In this document: positions 13,233-25,334 of the stretch, one piece after another
Layout: every line of letters begins with the position of its first letter
Position numbering within the stretch: the stretch's first letter is position 1
Notes under the pieces: generated by a model
What the model saw: only the letters and a program-made list of their open reading frames with translations
Database searches by the model: none
Told to the model about the DNA's origin: nothing
Position numbers and translations under genes: made by a program
Origin: Stegostoma tigrinum
Taxonomy: Eukaryota
Length of the DNA: 64,000 nt
Reading direction: 5' to 3'
Assembly (NCBI RefSeq): GCF_030684315.1
Contig: NC_081360.1
Span: forward strand, 11,140,599-11,204,598

Positions 13233-16200
13233 CTGTAGCCTTTCTGAATGTTGTTTGTCCGTTCTAATGTTCCTGCTGCTTAAATAATACATTTCAGTTA
13301 AATTTGCACTGTCTGGAAAATCAATGGTCATATTTTTTAACAGCAGGCCATTTATGTCCTCCCATGCACCCATGTCAATACTGGCCCAATGTTGCTATAG
13401 TTCACTGGCCTCTTAACCATGCTTCCTCAGTGACATGCAATCTGCCAGCACTGTTCACATTACCTGGTGTGGACTCCAAGTGAGGCCTAAATCCAGTTCT
13501 TTGAAGGTCAGTATAACTGTCAATTAAATGCCAAACAAGCTTCACCAATACATCAGGTTGAGCATCTGGGACTCTTGGTCAATGGACTGATGCAACCTAA
13601 AGTCATCTGCTAGCTGACTTTGATTTGTAAGGGTCTCCCATATAAGTCATTCTGCTGCTTTATAAAATATTCAAAACTCTCCCAGAAGTAGCACCATATG
13701 CAACAAGTCCAATGGTTTCCTGGCAATTCTACCACTGGGAAAATTGATTGGAACTACCAAGAAAGAACCACAACATTTGCCTTATTTTGCGGTGTGAGGT
13801 AAAGCTGATAGTTGAATGAGAGAAGACAGCCAGATTGCTCCTTCACCAAGACCAATATAGAGCATCAGTACAATTTTTTAATCATCTTTTTGTTCAAACA
13901 AAGTTTGGTAACCTCCCTATACCTTATCTTCAGAATCCATATTGGAGAATATGCTCCTCAACCATCAATATATATACTAACCTTTGTAATCTTAAAGTAA
14001 GTAGACAAATCCATTGTGTTATCTTTGAATTGCATTGGACTTAGACCTGTATGTTCTATTTAGGAGGTAAAGATCTTCTTCACAGCTAGTGTATTGATTA
14101 CTTTTGAACTGCTATAATTCAGATCAGTACAATCCACAAGGTTTCTCTTTGTTGTGTACTGTGCATGCTTTCTGCTCTCTGTATCTTATTGTGAGCACAA
14201 CAGCTAAAGCTCAACTCATGGATGCTGATTGACAATCTTTAAATGTAGTAAGATACACTATCAACAATATTTTACACACATTAGTTTATAAAGCCGATCA
14301 GGCAATTAAGTGATCAAAACTTCATTTTGAAGCTCATTAAGGTCATATTGGATAAGAAATCTTCAGGTAAATTTGAAATCCACAATCCTCCCTTAAAAAA
14401 ATCCATGAACTGACTATTCTGATATATGGATTTAACAATTCTTCCTTATTTCCTTGTCAATTTAATTTTTTTCACATTTTTCCTCTTATTTTCTTATATA
14501 ATAATTGGGGATCCTTGCTTTTTTAAGCTTCTCATTTAAGTTGCTGTGGCTTAATTGGGTGCTACATCTGTCAGGCTTTACATGGATAAACCGATTACAA
14601 TATAAGGTTAAGAAAACTCACAGAAGTGGATATTGACGTTGTGTTTAGAAAATGTGTGGACTTGAAAGGAAAGCAGCTATGAAAACTGACACTGAAGATT
14701 GAATTGTTGACAAATAAAGTCACTCTTAAGTGTAGACTTTTGAGGTAAAATTATGCAGAATTTTGTAGAGGCCTCAAACATCAGCTACAGAACAGGTTAC
14801 TCACTTACATCACTTCTTTTCAGAAAGTCTGACTTTGACACTCGAACATTTGATAGACTGGCATCAAGCCTTCCACAGGAATCAGGAACCTGATGGGTAC
14901 AGGTCCAACCTGCAAAGAGCTTTCAGCCAATCAGACGCCTGCAGCACCCCTCTACTCAGCAGTGCACATGTGGTGGGTTTGGCTGCTGATACCACAGTCA
15001 CAAAAATGTGGTATTCAAGAAGGCAACGAGGCAGAGAGAATGGTGATATGAAGAGTTCACAGGTGGCAGTCATGAGCAACTGGAAAGAGGCCAGGGGCTT
15101 AGCTCTCAGCAGGTTCCACCACCACTTCCCAATGTTGACTCCCTCAGTCAAGCATCAGGTGCTTTTGAATGAGAGATCCCTCAGCACTCCCATTGGGAAC
15201 CTACAAGCAAAAGCGGTAATTTTTGTTTGTTGTGTTGCCCACAAGCAAATTCTCTGTCCACCGCCACATTAATACCAGCAGCAGGATGGAGACCTTAAAT
15301 ACCCTACTTAAAAGCCTCAGTTGACAAATGGGTAAAAGAGGCCATCTACAGATTTTTCCTGGTATAGACTGAAGAGGACTAGAGTTGGAGTCACAGCAAG
15401 ATCATCATCTGATCAAATGCCTATCTTGTCGCTAAACTTGCCAGAGGGGAGGGGACAAGATTCCAGCCATACAATCAACCTACTATATGCTGGAGCGGGG
15501 GAAGTAAGAGATGTTTAAGAGGTCAGAACACAAGGAGCAACACTGTGGAAGAATTTTAACGCAAAGTCTAAAAGTTTGGGTTGAGGTGTTGCTGGGAAAC
15601 TTTTGAAGGTTAGTAAACCCACTGCAAAATTAGAAAGATAGACATAAATGCATGGGACTTATTGTTTATACTTTGATAATTATTATGAAATGCAAGCTTT
15701 CTTATTATTTTGATTGTAACCAGCCTGAGGTGTACAATACCTTTTAAGAACATAATAACTGGCTCACTGAACTTCCACTCAAAGCTATTTTTTCAGCAGG
15801 AATTTTGTCAGCTTTTGCTCAAATCTGGCAGTAATCAGAGCAATGCTGACTTTACATGTGTAGATCTGTCTACCAGTGTAATCGAATGATAAGCCTGCCT
15901 TATTTATAGAGACATGGAGCTTGAAATACAAGTAAAGTCTTTGACACAAATTGAGAACAGGAAGCTTATTACACTCCTTGTCAAATTTTCTTTCTATGAT
16001 TTCAATCAGAAATACAATTGGCTGAATTGTTGCGAATTCACTATCACTTGTTTTATACAAAGCCAAAAAGAATTTCATGTTTGTCCCACTACAGATGATG
16101 TCAATATTTATATATATGTATGTATGAGGGGCAAGGGTCTTGGGTTGCAGTGGAAATGTTACTCTTGGCCAGAAGGCCAAGTTCAGGTCTCAACTATTGC

Positions 16201-17849
16201 AGAAGTGTGTTATCACAAATTCTAACAGGGTGTTTAAAACAACTATTTATGAAGGATATCTCCATGATCAATAAATTAATTTGAAGTTAAAAATATTAAG
16301 CAATAGGAACAGCTACAAACAACCACATTTGTTGTTTCTTGGTGTTTTACTTATTTGACAGATTCCCTTCATAGTAACCTTCAAAAAACCTTTAGTTACT
16401 ACTGACTGACAACATCGCTAATACAATGAAAATTTCATTTCACCATGACCAGACATTTGGGTTAATTAAATGAGACTTTTTGCATAGATCTACATCAGTG
16501 TTTTCTTTTGACTTCATCAAACAAGATTCAGATTTTGATTTTTCTCAGAGTCCACTGCACATTGATCTTCAACATCACACAGGAAGACAACTGGTGTGAA
16601 AACTGCCAATCTTATTAAGTGATTGAATGAAACAACAAGTTGCATTACTTAGATTAAACAACAAAGAAATAGGCTATTCAGAGTGACTGGCTAATAGTGA
16701 TGCTTATGCTCATAATGGGGCCTACCTCTTATAATCCTAGCAATATATGTTCTTATTTCTTTGTGTTTGTTAATATTCATCATAAATACATATGTGCTGT
16801 TTTCCTTGACTCCTCCTCGATGTAGTGAGTTCCATGTTATAACAAAACCTCAGAAGATGATGATTCTTTTGAAATCCCAACTGGATTTATTAATGTCTAA
16901 CATATATTATGGGAGGGTCTTGTGACACATTGTATAATGCCCCTGCCTCAGGCTGTGGATTCAAGTCTCACCTTCAGACTTGATGTCAGCAAAAATGTGG
17001 ATGAGCATGTTCAGAATCAACCTGCAAGTCCCATCAACCTAGGCCGATGACAGGTAGTAATGTCAGAGAGATTCCTGGACAGACATGGCGGTAGAAAAAA
17101 TGTTGCAACTTCAACCATTGCTATCCAGAGCTCCAGGCTGAAATAACCAAGTAAAATTGTATGTTGCCATAGCAATTCTGAGTGATCCGCATCATATCAT
17201 CATCTACATTGATAACCATGGTTTTGGTCAACATCCACCAGTAGAAAATTGTCACCAATGTCTATCGTATTGCACCGCTTGGTTTTGTGACTTCCATCAC
17301 CCATCAATCTTCTCCTGTCTTTTTAAAAATCCCCAGACCATCTTATCTTTTCCTAATAAATACTGCAATAATCTTTCAACCATTTTTGCATTTTCTTCAG
17401 TGCTTGCGTATAAATTTGATAACATGATATCTCTGCCAATACTCCAAATGTAATATAACTAGAAGTCAAATCTAAGCAACATGGGCTTTGGGTGGACATA
17501 TAGAAAAATCAGACAAGACGTCTGGCGAAGCCTATCTCAACACAAGAGCACCTTGCTCCATCTTTTTGCATTTGACAAGGGATCAAGCAAGTTTCTCACT
17601 AGGTAATGTTACTGCCATTTAAACAGGTAATTGCGTGATAATTGCCCAATTCAGCACATTAATATTAAACACAACAAACCAACTAGGTGACAAGAAAACT
17701 CAAAATGGAAATCAGAGCAGTTTAACCATGACTTTAGCTTGCCACATGCTTCACAAGGCCATTGTTGCTTGGAACAAAAAGGCCAAGCCAAGGCTTGATC
17801 TACTGGCATCAGCTGCGCCCACACCTCATTTACAGATATTGCCATCTGG

Positions 17850-19720
17850 CATTTGCTAGCCCCTCATAACCATTATGGCTCCTCAATATTATTTTTGCAG
17901 GGCACAGGAAGTACAGACTTGCATCAAAGGGCGCCTGGCAACTGGCCTGAAAGGCTGCAGAAGGGGCGCAGTGTGCTCAGGGGCAAGCACCCAGCTGATA
18001 GATTGGATATGGCTGTGTCTCAAGGCTGCTCACTTTCTGTCTTAGATCCTGCTCACTTAGCACCCACCTGAATGCTCACAACATCCATGGCTGTCTTTGC
18101 CATGCTAATTAGCACAGACTCACAACTGGACAGTTTGTCTTGCAGATCAGCGGTCCTCATTCAAAGGGTGTACATCTTGCTTTACAGCAGTGTGCAGTAT
18201 CAATCTCACACCCATGCAAGTACCAGGATGAGGGGTAATAATGTCACTAGGATTCATTATACCCACTGTTAGAATTAGTTTTGTGGTCACATGGACTTAA
18301 ATGAGTACAGTGAAAAGTTTACAAGTCCCCACTTACAGTGCTGTCTTAGTTGCAAAGGTACCAAGGTACAGATTCTTAAATACAAATCCTTAGGGGAAAA
18401 AAAAATGAGAAAAATAAGGTAATAAATAGTCCAGCATTACAGATCTTCGCACCACCTTAGGCACAAAAATATAAAATCACTGGGATGAATTAGAAAATTA
18501 AAGAAATAAATAGTTCAGAATAATAGTCCTTCCAGTCCAGCCCATACCATCACCCAGCATCCAGACTGCACTGAGCTTCACCTCGAGGCTATTAAGGCCA
18601 GAAATCTGTTCTGGATTCACTTTGAAGCCGGGAGTCAATGCTGAGGCTGGAAATCTGCAATGGCTTCACCTCGAGGCTCTCGAGGTCGGGAGTCCACACT
18701 GAGGCTGGGAGTGCACGTTGATTTCATTCACGGCTCAGGGATGGTAGGTAAAATAAGGAAAAAAGGAAAAAGACACAAAGAGAAAAGAAAGGAAAGGGAC
18801 AGACAGAATGGACAAGTTCTTGCTGAGGAGTCCTATTCCGCCACCATCGTTCTTGCCCTGTATTCACCTTATTCCTCTTAATAACAGATGCTGCAGCATC
18901 TTTCAGCACAGACATCAATTCCGGTAATTTCTGTGTGACCACGAAGTTATGCATCATGCTGGAACAATTACATTTGGGACTAGGTGGACAAACAACTGGA
19001 TGTAGACAACAGGATGTAGTGCCATTTATAGAAAAATGCTAAATAATATCCAAAAATTGCCAAATAGCATACCACCAAAGTGCACTCAATAAGTTTTTTC
19101 CTTCCTCTGCCTCCCACTATATTTTAACATTCCCTACCTCCCCAGCCAGAGTAAAGAAACCTTGCTCAGGAGTGCAGATAGTTGGGACATTTGTGTCAGG
19201 ATAACCCAGACATGCCAAGGGTCTTTTTTCCAGAAACGAGTCAATCTTCGTCAGCAAGAAGTTCCAAGGGACAGAGAAGGGCAGAAAGAGGTGGAGGGCC
19301 TGGCTACCACTGGTGTGTCCTTTTTTCTCCTCTTGACACCACTGTATTTCCTTGTGAGGAATGGGCATTTGGCATGCTTTCCAGGTTCCCTGTAATTGTT
19401 GCCATGTCTTCAGCCTCTGATGCCTCTCTGGCAGACTCTAAGTGTGCAGATATGGCTCTCCATTGGCAGCTGCAAATTTGTTCATGGTGGGAGCTGCTCC
19501 TGCCTAGGGCTGAGAAGGTACTGGGTCTCCAGAAATCCTTCAAGTGCCAGGGGCCTTGTTGCAGACCTGTTGCAGTGAAGTGCTGACCAGATTATATTCC
19601 CATAATATCTAATGCTGATACTCCCACTGAAGTGTCAGGATCTGAACTAGTAGTGAGTGCAGGAGGCAACCTTACCAGTGTTTCCTCTAAGGTTTCGGTA
19701 CAGATGCTGCTGGTACCTGC
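17850..19720. mobile_element. Probable decayed PIF/Harbinger element (transposase traces on +, Myb-like exon on -), interrupted at 18270-18880
   Basis: Weak transposase-like traces (QRVY near 18165; a VCDH..CIM-like stretch near 18935). Strong minus-strand acceptor at ~19717 (tttctctctcttttttcttgcag) followed by PALTTSSDPDTSVG, which resembles the Ser/Thr-rich exon of Harbinger Myb-like genes. Confidence 0.3.
18270..18880 (-). mobile_element. Short non-autonomous retroelement-like repeat with internal imperfect tandem units
   Basis: 5' end gatggtggcggaataggactcctc on -. Repeated cttcacctcgaggct and gggagtc..gctgaggctgg units. The end motif gtcaca..gagtacagtgaaaag resembles 835-905. Confidence 0.4.
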
Positions 19721-20280
19721 AAGAAAAAAGAGAGAGAAAAGGCGTCAAGGCCAATGCTTAGAAGTGGTCTGCAATGATTGAGCTTGACAGCAAGGTTACT
19801 ATAAAAGATGCGGTGGAATTGGAGTTGTACTCGCTTAATGGCAAGGCATGAATGTCTAAGCATTCCAGCATGTCAGGCGCCCTTCCACAGTAAATTGCTC
19901 TGGAACGGACAGTTTTCTCCTGTAATGAAAGGAAGGATGGAATTGAGTACATGAAAATGGGTAGTATGGATGTGAGGGATGCTAGTCTTTCAGTAGATAT
20001 GCACCAAGTGGTGAGTTCTGGGAACACCTCAGCACACGGTAAGATGGGGCTGGAATCGTAATGTGGTAGATCATTAATGAGGAAAATTTGGTAAGGTACA
20101 GTGAAGAAACTCACTCAGCAACTCTACAGGAATCATTCCAAAGTGACACAACTTGTGCATAGCCAAAAGATGTAAGATTCAATCCTGAATTTCTGCACAA
20201 GCTTAGCATAATCGCGGATAACAAAGTGTGCAGCTGGATGAACACAGCAGGCCAAGCAGCATCTCAGGAGCACAAAAGCT

Positions 20281-20308
20281 GACGTTTCAGGCCGAGACCC
20301 TTCATCAG
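20281..20308 (-). ncRNA. Minimal type I hammerhead ribozyme core in the 3' pLTR
   Basis: Minus strand CTGATGA-A-GGGT-CTCG-GCCT-GAAA-C-GTC: both conserved core boxes, helix II, palindromic ACGT in place of helix III and a GUC cleavage triplet. Confidence 0.7.
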
Positions 20309-20536
20309 AGAGGGAGATGGGGAAAGGGTTCTGAAATAAATAGGGGAAGAGGGGAAGGCAGACTGAAGATGGATAGAGGAGAAGATAGGTGGAGTGGAGA
20401 GTAAGGGTGGGGAGGTGGGGAGGGGATAGGTCAGTCCGGGGAGGACGGACAGGTCAAGGAGGCGGGATGAGGTTGGTAGGTAGGAAATGGAAGTGCGGCC
20501 TGAGGTGGGAGGAGGGGATAGGTGAGAGGAAGAACA

Positions 20537-23500
20537 GGTTAGGGAGGCGGGGACGAGCTGGGCTGGTTTTGTGATGCAGTGGGGGGAGGAGACGAACTAG
20601 GCTGGTTTTGGGATGCAGTGGGGAAGGGGGAGATTTTGAAGCTTGTGAAGTCCACATTGATACCATTGGGCTACAGGGTTCCCAAGCGGAATATGAGTTG
20701 CTGTTCCTGCAACCTTCAGGTGGCATCATTGTGGCACTGCAGGAGACCCATGATGGATATGTCGTCTAAGGAATGGGAGGGGGAGTTAAAATGGTTCGCG
20801 ACTGGGAGGTGCAGTTGTTTACTGCGAACCGAGCGTAGGTGTTCTGCAAAGCAGTCCCCAAGCCTCCGCTTGCTTTCCCCAATGTAGAGGAAGCCACACC
20901 GGGTACAGTGGATACAATATACTACATTGGCAGATGTGCAGGTGAACATCTGCTTAATATGGAAAGTCATCTTGGGGCCTGGGATGGGGGTGAGGGAGGA
21001 ATGTGGGGGCAAGTGTAGCACTTCCTGCAGTTGCAGGGGAAGGTGCCGGGTGTGGTGGGGTTGGAGGGGAGTGTGGAGCGGACAAGGGAGTCGCGGACAG
21101 AGTGGTCTCTCCGGAAGGCAGACAAGGGTGGGGATGGAAAAATGTCTTGGGTGGTGGAGTCAGATTGTAGATGGCGGAAGTGTCGGAGGATAATGCATTG
21201 TATCCGGAGGTTGGTGGGGTGGTATGTGAGGACGAGGGGGATTCTCTTTTGGCGGTTATTGCGGGGGCAGGGTGTGAGGGATGTGTTGCGGGAAATGCGG
21301 GAGACACGGTCAAGGGCGTTCTCAACCACTGCAGAGAGAATTTGCGGTCCTTGAAGAACGCGGGCATCTGGGATGTGTGGGAGTGGAATGCTTCATCCTG
21401 GGAGCAGATGCGGCGGAGACAAAGAAATTGGGAATAGGGGATGGAATTTTTGCGGGGGTGTGGGTGGGAGGAGGTGTATTCTAGATAGCTGTGGGAGTCG
21501 GTGGGCTTGAAGTGAACATCGGTTTCTAGCTGGTTGCCTGAAATGGAGACAGAGGTGTCCAGGAAGGTGAGGGATGTTTGGAGATGGCCCAGGTGAACTT
21601 GAGGTTGGGGTGGAAGGTGTTGGTGAAGTGGATGAACTGTTCGAGCTCCTCTGGGGAGCAAGAGGCGGCGCCGATACAGTCATCAATGTAACGGAGGAAG
21701 AGGTGGGGTTTGGGGCCTGTGTAGGTGCAGATGAGGGACTGTTCCACATAACCTACAAAGAGGCAGGCATAGCTTGGGCCCATGCGGGTACCCATGGCCA
21801 TCCCCTTTGTCTGTAGGAAGTGGGAGGAATCGAAAGAGAAGTTGTTGAGGGTGAGGGAGAGTTCGGCTAGGCGGATGAGGGTGTTGGTGGAGGGGGACTG
21901 GTCGGGGCTGCGGGACAGGAAGAAGTGGAGGGCCTTGAGGCCATCTGCATGCGGAATGCAGGTGTATAGGGACTGGATGTCCATGGTGAAAATGAGGTGT
22001 TGGGGGCCAGGGAATTAGAAGTTCTGGAGGAGGTGGAGGGTGGTGTCACAGACGTAGGTGGGGAGCTCCTGGACCAAGGGGGAGAAAATGGAGTCCAGAT
22101 AGGTGGAGATGAGTTCGGTGGGGCAGTAGTAGGTGGAGACAATAGGTCGGCCAGGGCAGGCGGGTTTGTGGATTTTGGGAAGGAGATAGAAGCGGGTGGT
22201 GCAGGGTTGGGGAACAGTGAGGTTGGAGGCTGTGGGTGGGAGGTCATGGATGGTGTTGGAGATGATGGTTTGGTGCTCGGGGGTGGGGTCATGATCAAGG
22301 GGGCAGTAGGAGGATATGTCGGAGAGTTGACGTTTGACCTCGGCGATGTAGAGGTCAGTGCACCATACTACAACTGCGCCTCCCTTGTCAATGGGTTTGG
22401 TGGTGAGGTTGGGGTTGGAGCGGAGGGCTGCCCGTTCTGCGGAGAGGTTGGAGTGGGTGAGAGGGGTGGAGAGGTTGAGGCGGTTAATGTCTCGACAGCG
22501 GTTGGAGATGAAGAGGTCGAGGGAGGGTAGGAGGCCTGGGGGTGATGTCCAGGAGGAGGACAGTGTTGGAGGTGGGTGAAGGGGTCAGTGGAGGGAGGGT
22601 TGGGCTCCCGGTTAAAGAAGTAAGCGTGGAGGCGAAGGCGGCGGAAAAAACTGCTCTATGTCCAAACGTGACTGGCATTCGTTGATTTGTGGGTGGAGGG
22701 GGACAAATGTGAGCCCCTTGCTTTGGACTGACCTTTCGTCCTCAGTCAGTGGGAGGTCTGGGGGGCTGGTGAAGATTCAGCAGGTCTCAGTGTAGTTGTC
22801 TTCTCTGGGGTTGCTGGCTGTAGAGGCTGTGAGCAGAGCGATGTAGGCATCGGCTGTGGGCGGGGTGCTGCCGTCTTCGGCGGTGGGTGGAGTTCTGTCG
22901 GTGGTGGGCGGAGTTCCGTCGGCACTAGCAGTGGGCGGTGTTCCGTCAGCGGTGGGCGGTGCGGCGTCGGCAGTTAGAGGAGCAGGGTGGGCGGCAGCAG
23001 CAGTAGTGAGAGTGATCTTGGTGGTGTTAGTTCTGGAAGTGGAGGCGGTGACTGCAGCAGCAGTTGTGTTCGCGGTGCCGGAAGTGGTGTGCCCGGTGGT
23101 GGCAGACGTGACATCATCAGTGGGTTCACCGGCCATGTCCTCATGGTCAATGGCAGTGGGTACATTGTGGGGGAGGTGCAGGGACGGGTTCGGGATTTGG
23201 GAGGTGCAGGAATCCTTTTTAAGGTGGCAGGAGCCAGTGAGTTTGTTGTACTTACGATTTTTGGTGTCCAGAAAAGCTAAGTAGAACTGGGTGTTCAGTC
23301 TGTGGATCCTGCGGAGGATAAAAAACAGGAGAGGTCCTTTGCAGGCCTGGGAGAGGGAGGCTCTGAGTTGGGGCAGGCTGGATTGCAGTGCCTGGAGATG
23401 CCGGCGCATGGCTGTGAGTGTCTGTTTTAGGTGTCACAGGGAGAAACGTTGCTGAAGGGTCTCAATGTTCTGGATGTAGAGGTGGTCATGGTTGGGGACA

Positions 23501-23715
23501 AATTGGGAAGGCTTGAATGTAGACTGTAGTCCATTGGAGATGATCCGGTTCCATCGGCAGGTGCTGTGGAAGGTGATGTGGCTGTGGTATCTGGTTTGCT
23601 TCAGGACATGGTCGAGCAGTTTCAGGGCCGAAGAGATTACTAGAGAGATGCAGTGGGGGAGAAATTCCCTGAGGTTGGTCCGGAGGGAGGTGGGTAACTT
23701 CTTCAGAATAGGCAT
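20537..23715 (-). pseudogene. Frameshifted PLE polyprotein: N-terminal region, Thr/Ala/Pro-rich linker, RT, thumb, Cys-rich linker, GIY-YIG endonuclease
   Basis: ORF pieces 23715-23434, 23409-22777, 21984-21526 (MDIQSLYTCIPH; QTKGMAMGTRMGPSYACLF; FLRYIDD), 21661-20954 (TFLD..KPTDSHSYL..SSHP), 21329-20967 (GTFPCNCRKCYTC), 21021-20716 (NVVYCIHC..CGFLYIGESKRRL..F.EH). A Cys-rich linker between RT and endonuclease is characteristic of the Neptune group. Confidence 0.9.
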
Positions 23716-23809
23716 CCCTGGAAGAGGCTTCGCAGGGAGGTTAAAATTGTGATCAGAGATAATGGGAACTGCGGATACTTATTTCCAAACCCTCTCCCCA
23801 TCTCCCTCT

Positions 23810-23837
23810 CTGATGAAGGGTCTAGGCCCGAAACGTC
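23810..23837 (+). ncRNA. Minimal type I hammerhead ribozyme core in the inverted pLTR
   Basis: CTGATGA-A-GGGT-CTAG-GCCC-GAAA-C-GTC; predicted cleavage 3' of 23837. Confidence 0.78.
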
Positions 23838-24212
23838 AGCTTTTGTGCTCCCGAGATACTGCTTGGCCTGCTGCGTTCATCCAGCTCCACACTTTGTTAT
23901 CTTGGATTCTCCAGCATCTGCAGTTCCCATTATCTCTTCGCATAATCTCTCTACTTTTCAATTCTATGCCTACAGAAATCAGCACAGGTGTTTTGTTTCA
24001 TTCTAATTAGCCTTATTAACCGTGAGTGCTACTTTAAAGTTTTGTATCTCTGCACCTTCATTTAGAATCTTATTTCCCAAACAAGATGCATCACCTCACA
24101 TTTTGATGTTAATTTCCCAATTACACAGCCATATTCCATCCCCTATTCCCAATTCCTCCGCCTCTGCCGCATCTGCTCCCACGATAAGACATTCCACTCC
24201 CGCACATCCCAG

Positions 24213-25082
24213 ATGTCCAAGTTCTTTAAGGACCGCAACTTTCCCCCCACAGTGATCGAGAACGCCCTTGACCGCGTCTCCCGTATTTCCCGCAACACAT
24301 CCCTCACACCCCGCCCCCGCCACAACCGCCCTAAGAGGATCCCCCTCGTTCTCACACACCACCCTACCAACCTCCGGATACAACGCATCATCCACCGACA
24401 CTTCCGCCATTTACAATCCGACCCCACCACCCAAGACATTTTTCCATCCCCTCCCCTGTCTGCTTTCCAGAGAGACCACTCTCTCCGTGACTCCCTTGTT
24501 CGCTCCACACTGCCCTCCAACCCCACCACACCCGGCACCTTCCCCTGCAACCGCAGGAAATGCTACACTTGTCCCCACACCTCCTCCCTCACCCCTATCC
24601 CAGGCCCCAAGATGACATGCCACATTAAGCAGAGGTTCACCTGCACATCTGTCAATGTGGTATACTGCATCCACTGTACCCGGTGCGGCTTCCTGTACAT
24701 TGGGGAAACCAAGCGGAGGCTTGGGGACCGCTTTGCAGAACACCTCTGCTCAGTTCGCAACAAACAACTGCACCTCCCAGTCGCAAACCATTTCCACTCC
24801 CCCTCCCATTCTCTAGATGACATGTCCATCGTGGGCCTCCTGCACTGCCACAATGATGCCACCCGAAGGTTGCAGGAACAGCAACTCATATTCCGCCTGG
24901 GAACCCTGCAGCCATATGGTATCAATGTGGACTTCATCAGTTTCAAAATCTCCCCTTCCCCTACTGCATCCCTAAACCAGCCTAGTTCGTCCCCTCCCCC
25001 CACTGCACCACACAACCAGCCCAGCTCTTCCCCCCCACCCACTGCATCCCAAAACCAGTCCAACCTGTCTCTGCCTCCCTAA
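24213..25082 (+). CDS. Uninterrupted C-terminal part of the PLE ORF: Cys-rich linker plus GIY-YIG endonuclease (289 aa, truncated TE protein, expression unknown)
   Basis: RIPLVLTHHP, GTFPCNRRKCYTC, FTCTSVNVVYCIHCTRCGFLYIGETKRRLGDRFAEH, PVANHF, RRLQEQQLIFRLGTLQPYGIN. Confidence 0.75.
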   Translation: MSKFFKDRNFPPTVIENALDRVSRISRNTSLTPRPRHNRPKRIPLVLTHHPTNLRIQRIIHRHFRHLQSDPTTQDIFPSPPLSAFQRDHSLRDSLVRSTLPSNPTTPGTFPCNRRKCYTCPHTSSLTPIPGPKMTCHIKQRFTCTSVNVVYCIHCTRCGFLYIGETKRRLGDRFAEHLCSVRNKQLHLPVANHFHSPSHSLDDMSIVGLLHCHNDATRRLQEQQLIFRLGTLQPYGINVDFISFKISPSPTASLNQPSSSPPPTAPHNQPSSSPPPTASQNQSNLSLPP

Positions 25083-25306
25083 CCGGTTCTTCCTCTCACC
25101 CATCCCTTCCTCCCACCCCAAGCCGCACCCCCAGCTACCTACTAACCTCATCCCACCTCCTTGACCTGTCCGTCTTCCCTGGACTGACCTATCCCCTCCC
25201 TACCTCCCCACCTATACTCTCTCCACCTATCTTCTTTACTCTCCATCTTCGGTCCGCCTCCCCCTCTCTCCCTATTTATTCCAGTTCCCTCTCCCCATCC
25301 CCCTCT

Positions 25307-25334
25307 CTGATGAAGGGTCTAGGCCCGAAACGTC
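25307..25334 (+). ncRNA. Minimal type I hammerhead ribozyme core in the pLTR
   Basis: Identical to 23810-23837: CTGATGAAGGGTCTAGGCCCGAAACGTC. Confidence 0.78.

Larger units (their letters stand above)
20216..23935 (-). mobile_element. Near full-length Penelope-like retroelement (Neptune-type) with an inverted 5' pLTR
   Basis: RT plus C-terminal GIY-YIG ORF on -. 3' pLTR at 20216-~20345 (-); inverted pLTR with tail at ~23780-23935 (+). Flanked by TSD cttagcataatcgc (20202-20215) / cttcgcataatctc (23936-23949), 12/14 identical. Confidence 0.93.

Noticed and set aside
20116-23960. Apparent minus-strand host exon interrupted by the large PLE (acceptor ~23959, donor ~20115)
   Set aside because: The rejoined sequence reads GIELKSREIML, which is CR1 ORF2, not a host exon.
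24094-24122. cctcacatttt upstream of the second PLE matching its 3' end, suggesting a TSD
   Set aside because: It lies ~40 bp from the junction and belongs to the CR1 KCEVMH codons; a chance match.
20389-25063. Many long Gly/Val/Trp-rich ORFs
   Set aside because: Antisense or alternative frames of the C-rich PLE sequence; compositional artefacts.
24963-25082. Regularly spaced repeats that might suggest a CRISPR-like array
   Set aside because: Tandem coding repeat without unique spacers, in a eukaryotic context with no cas genes.
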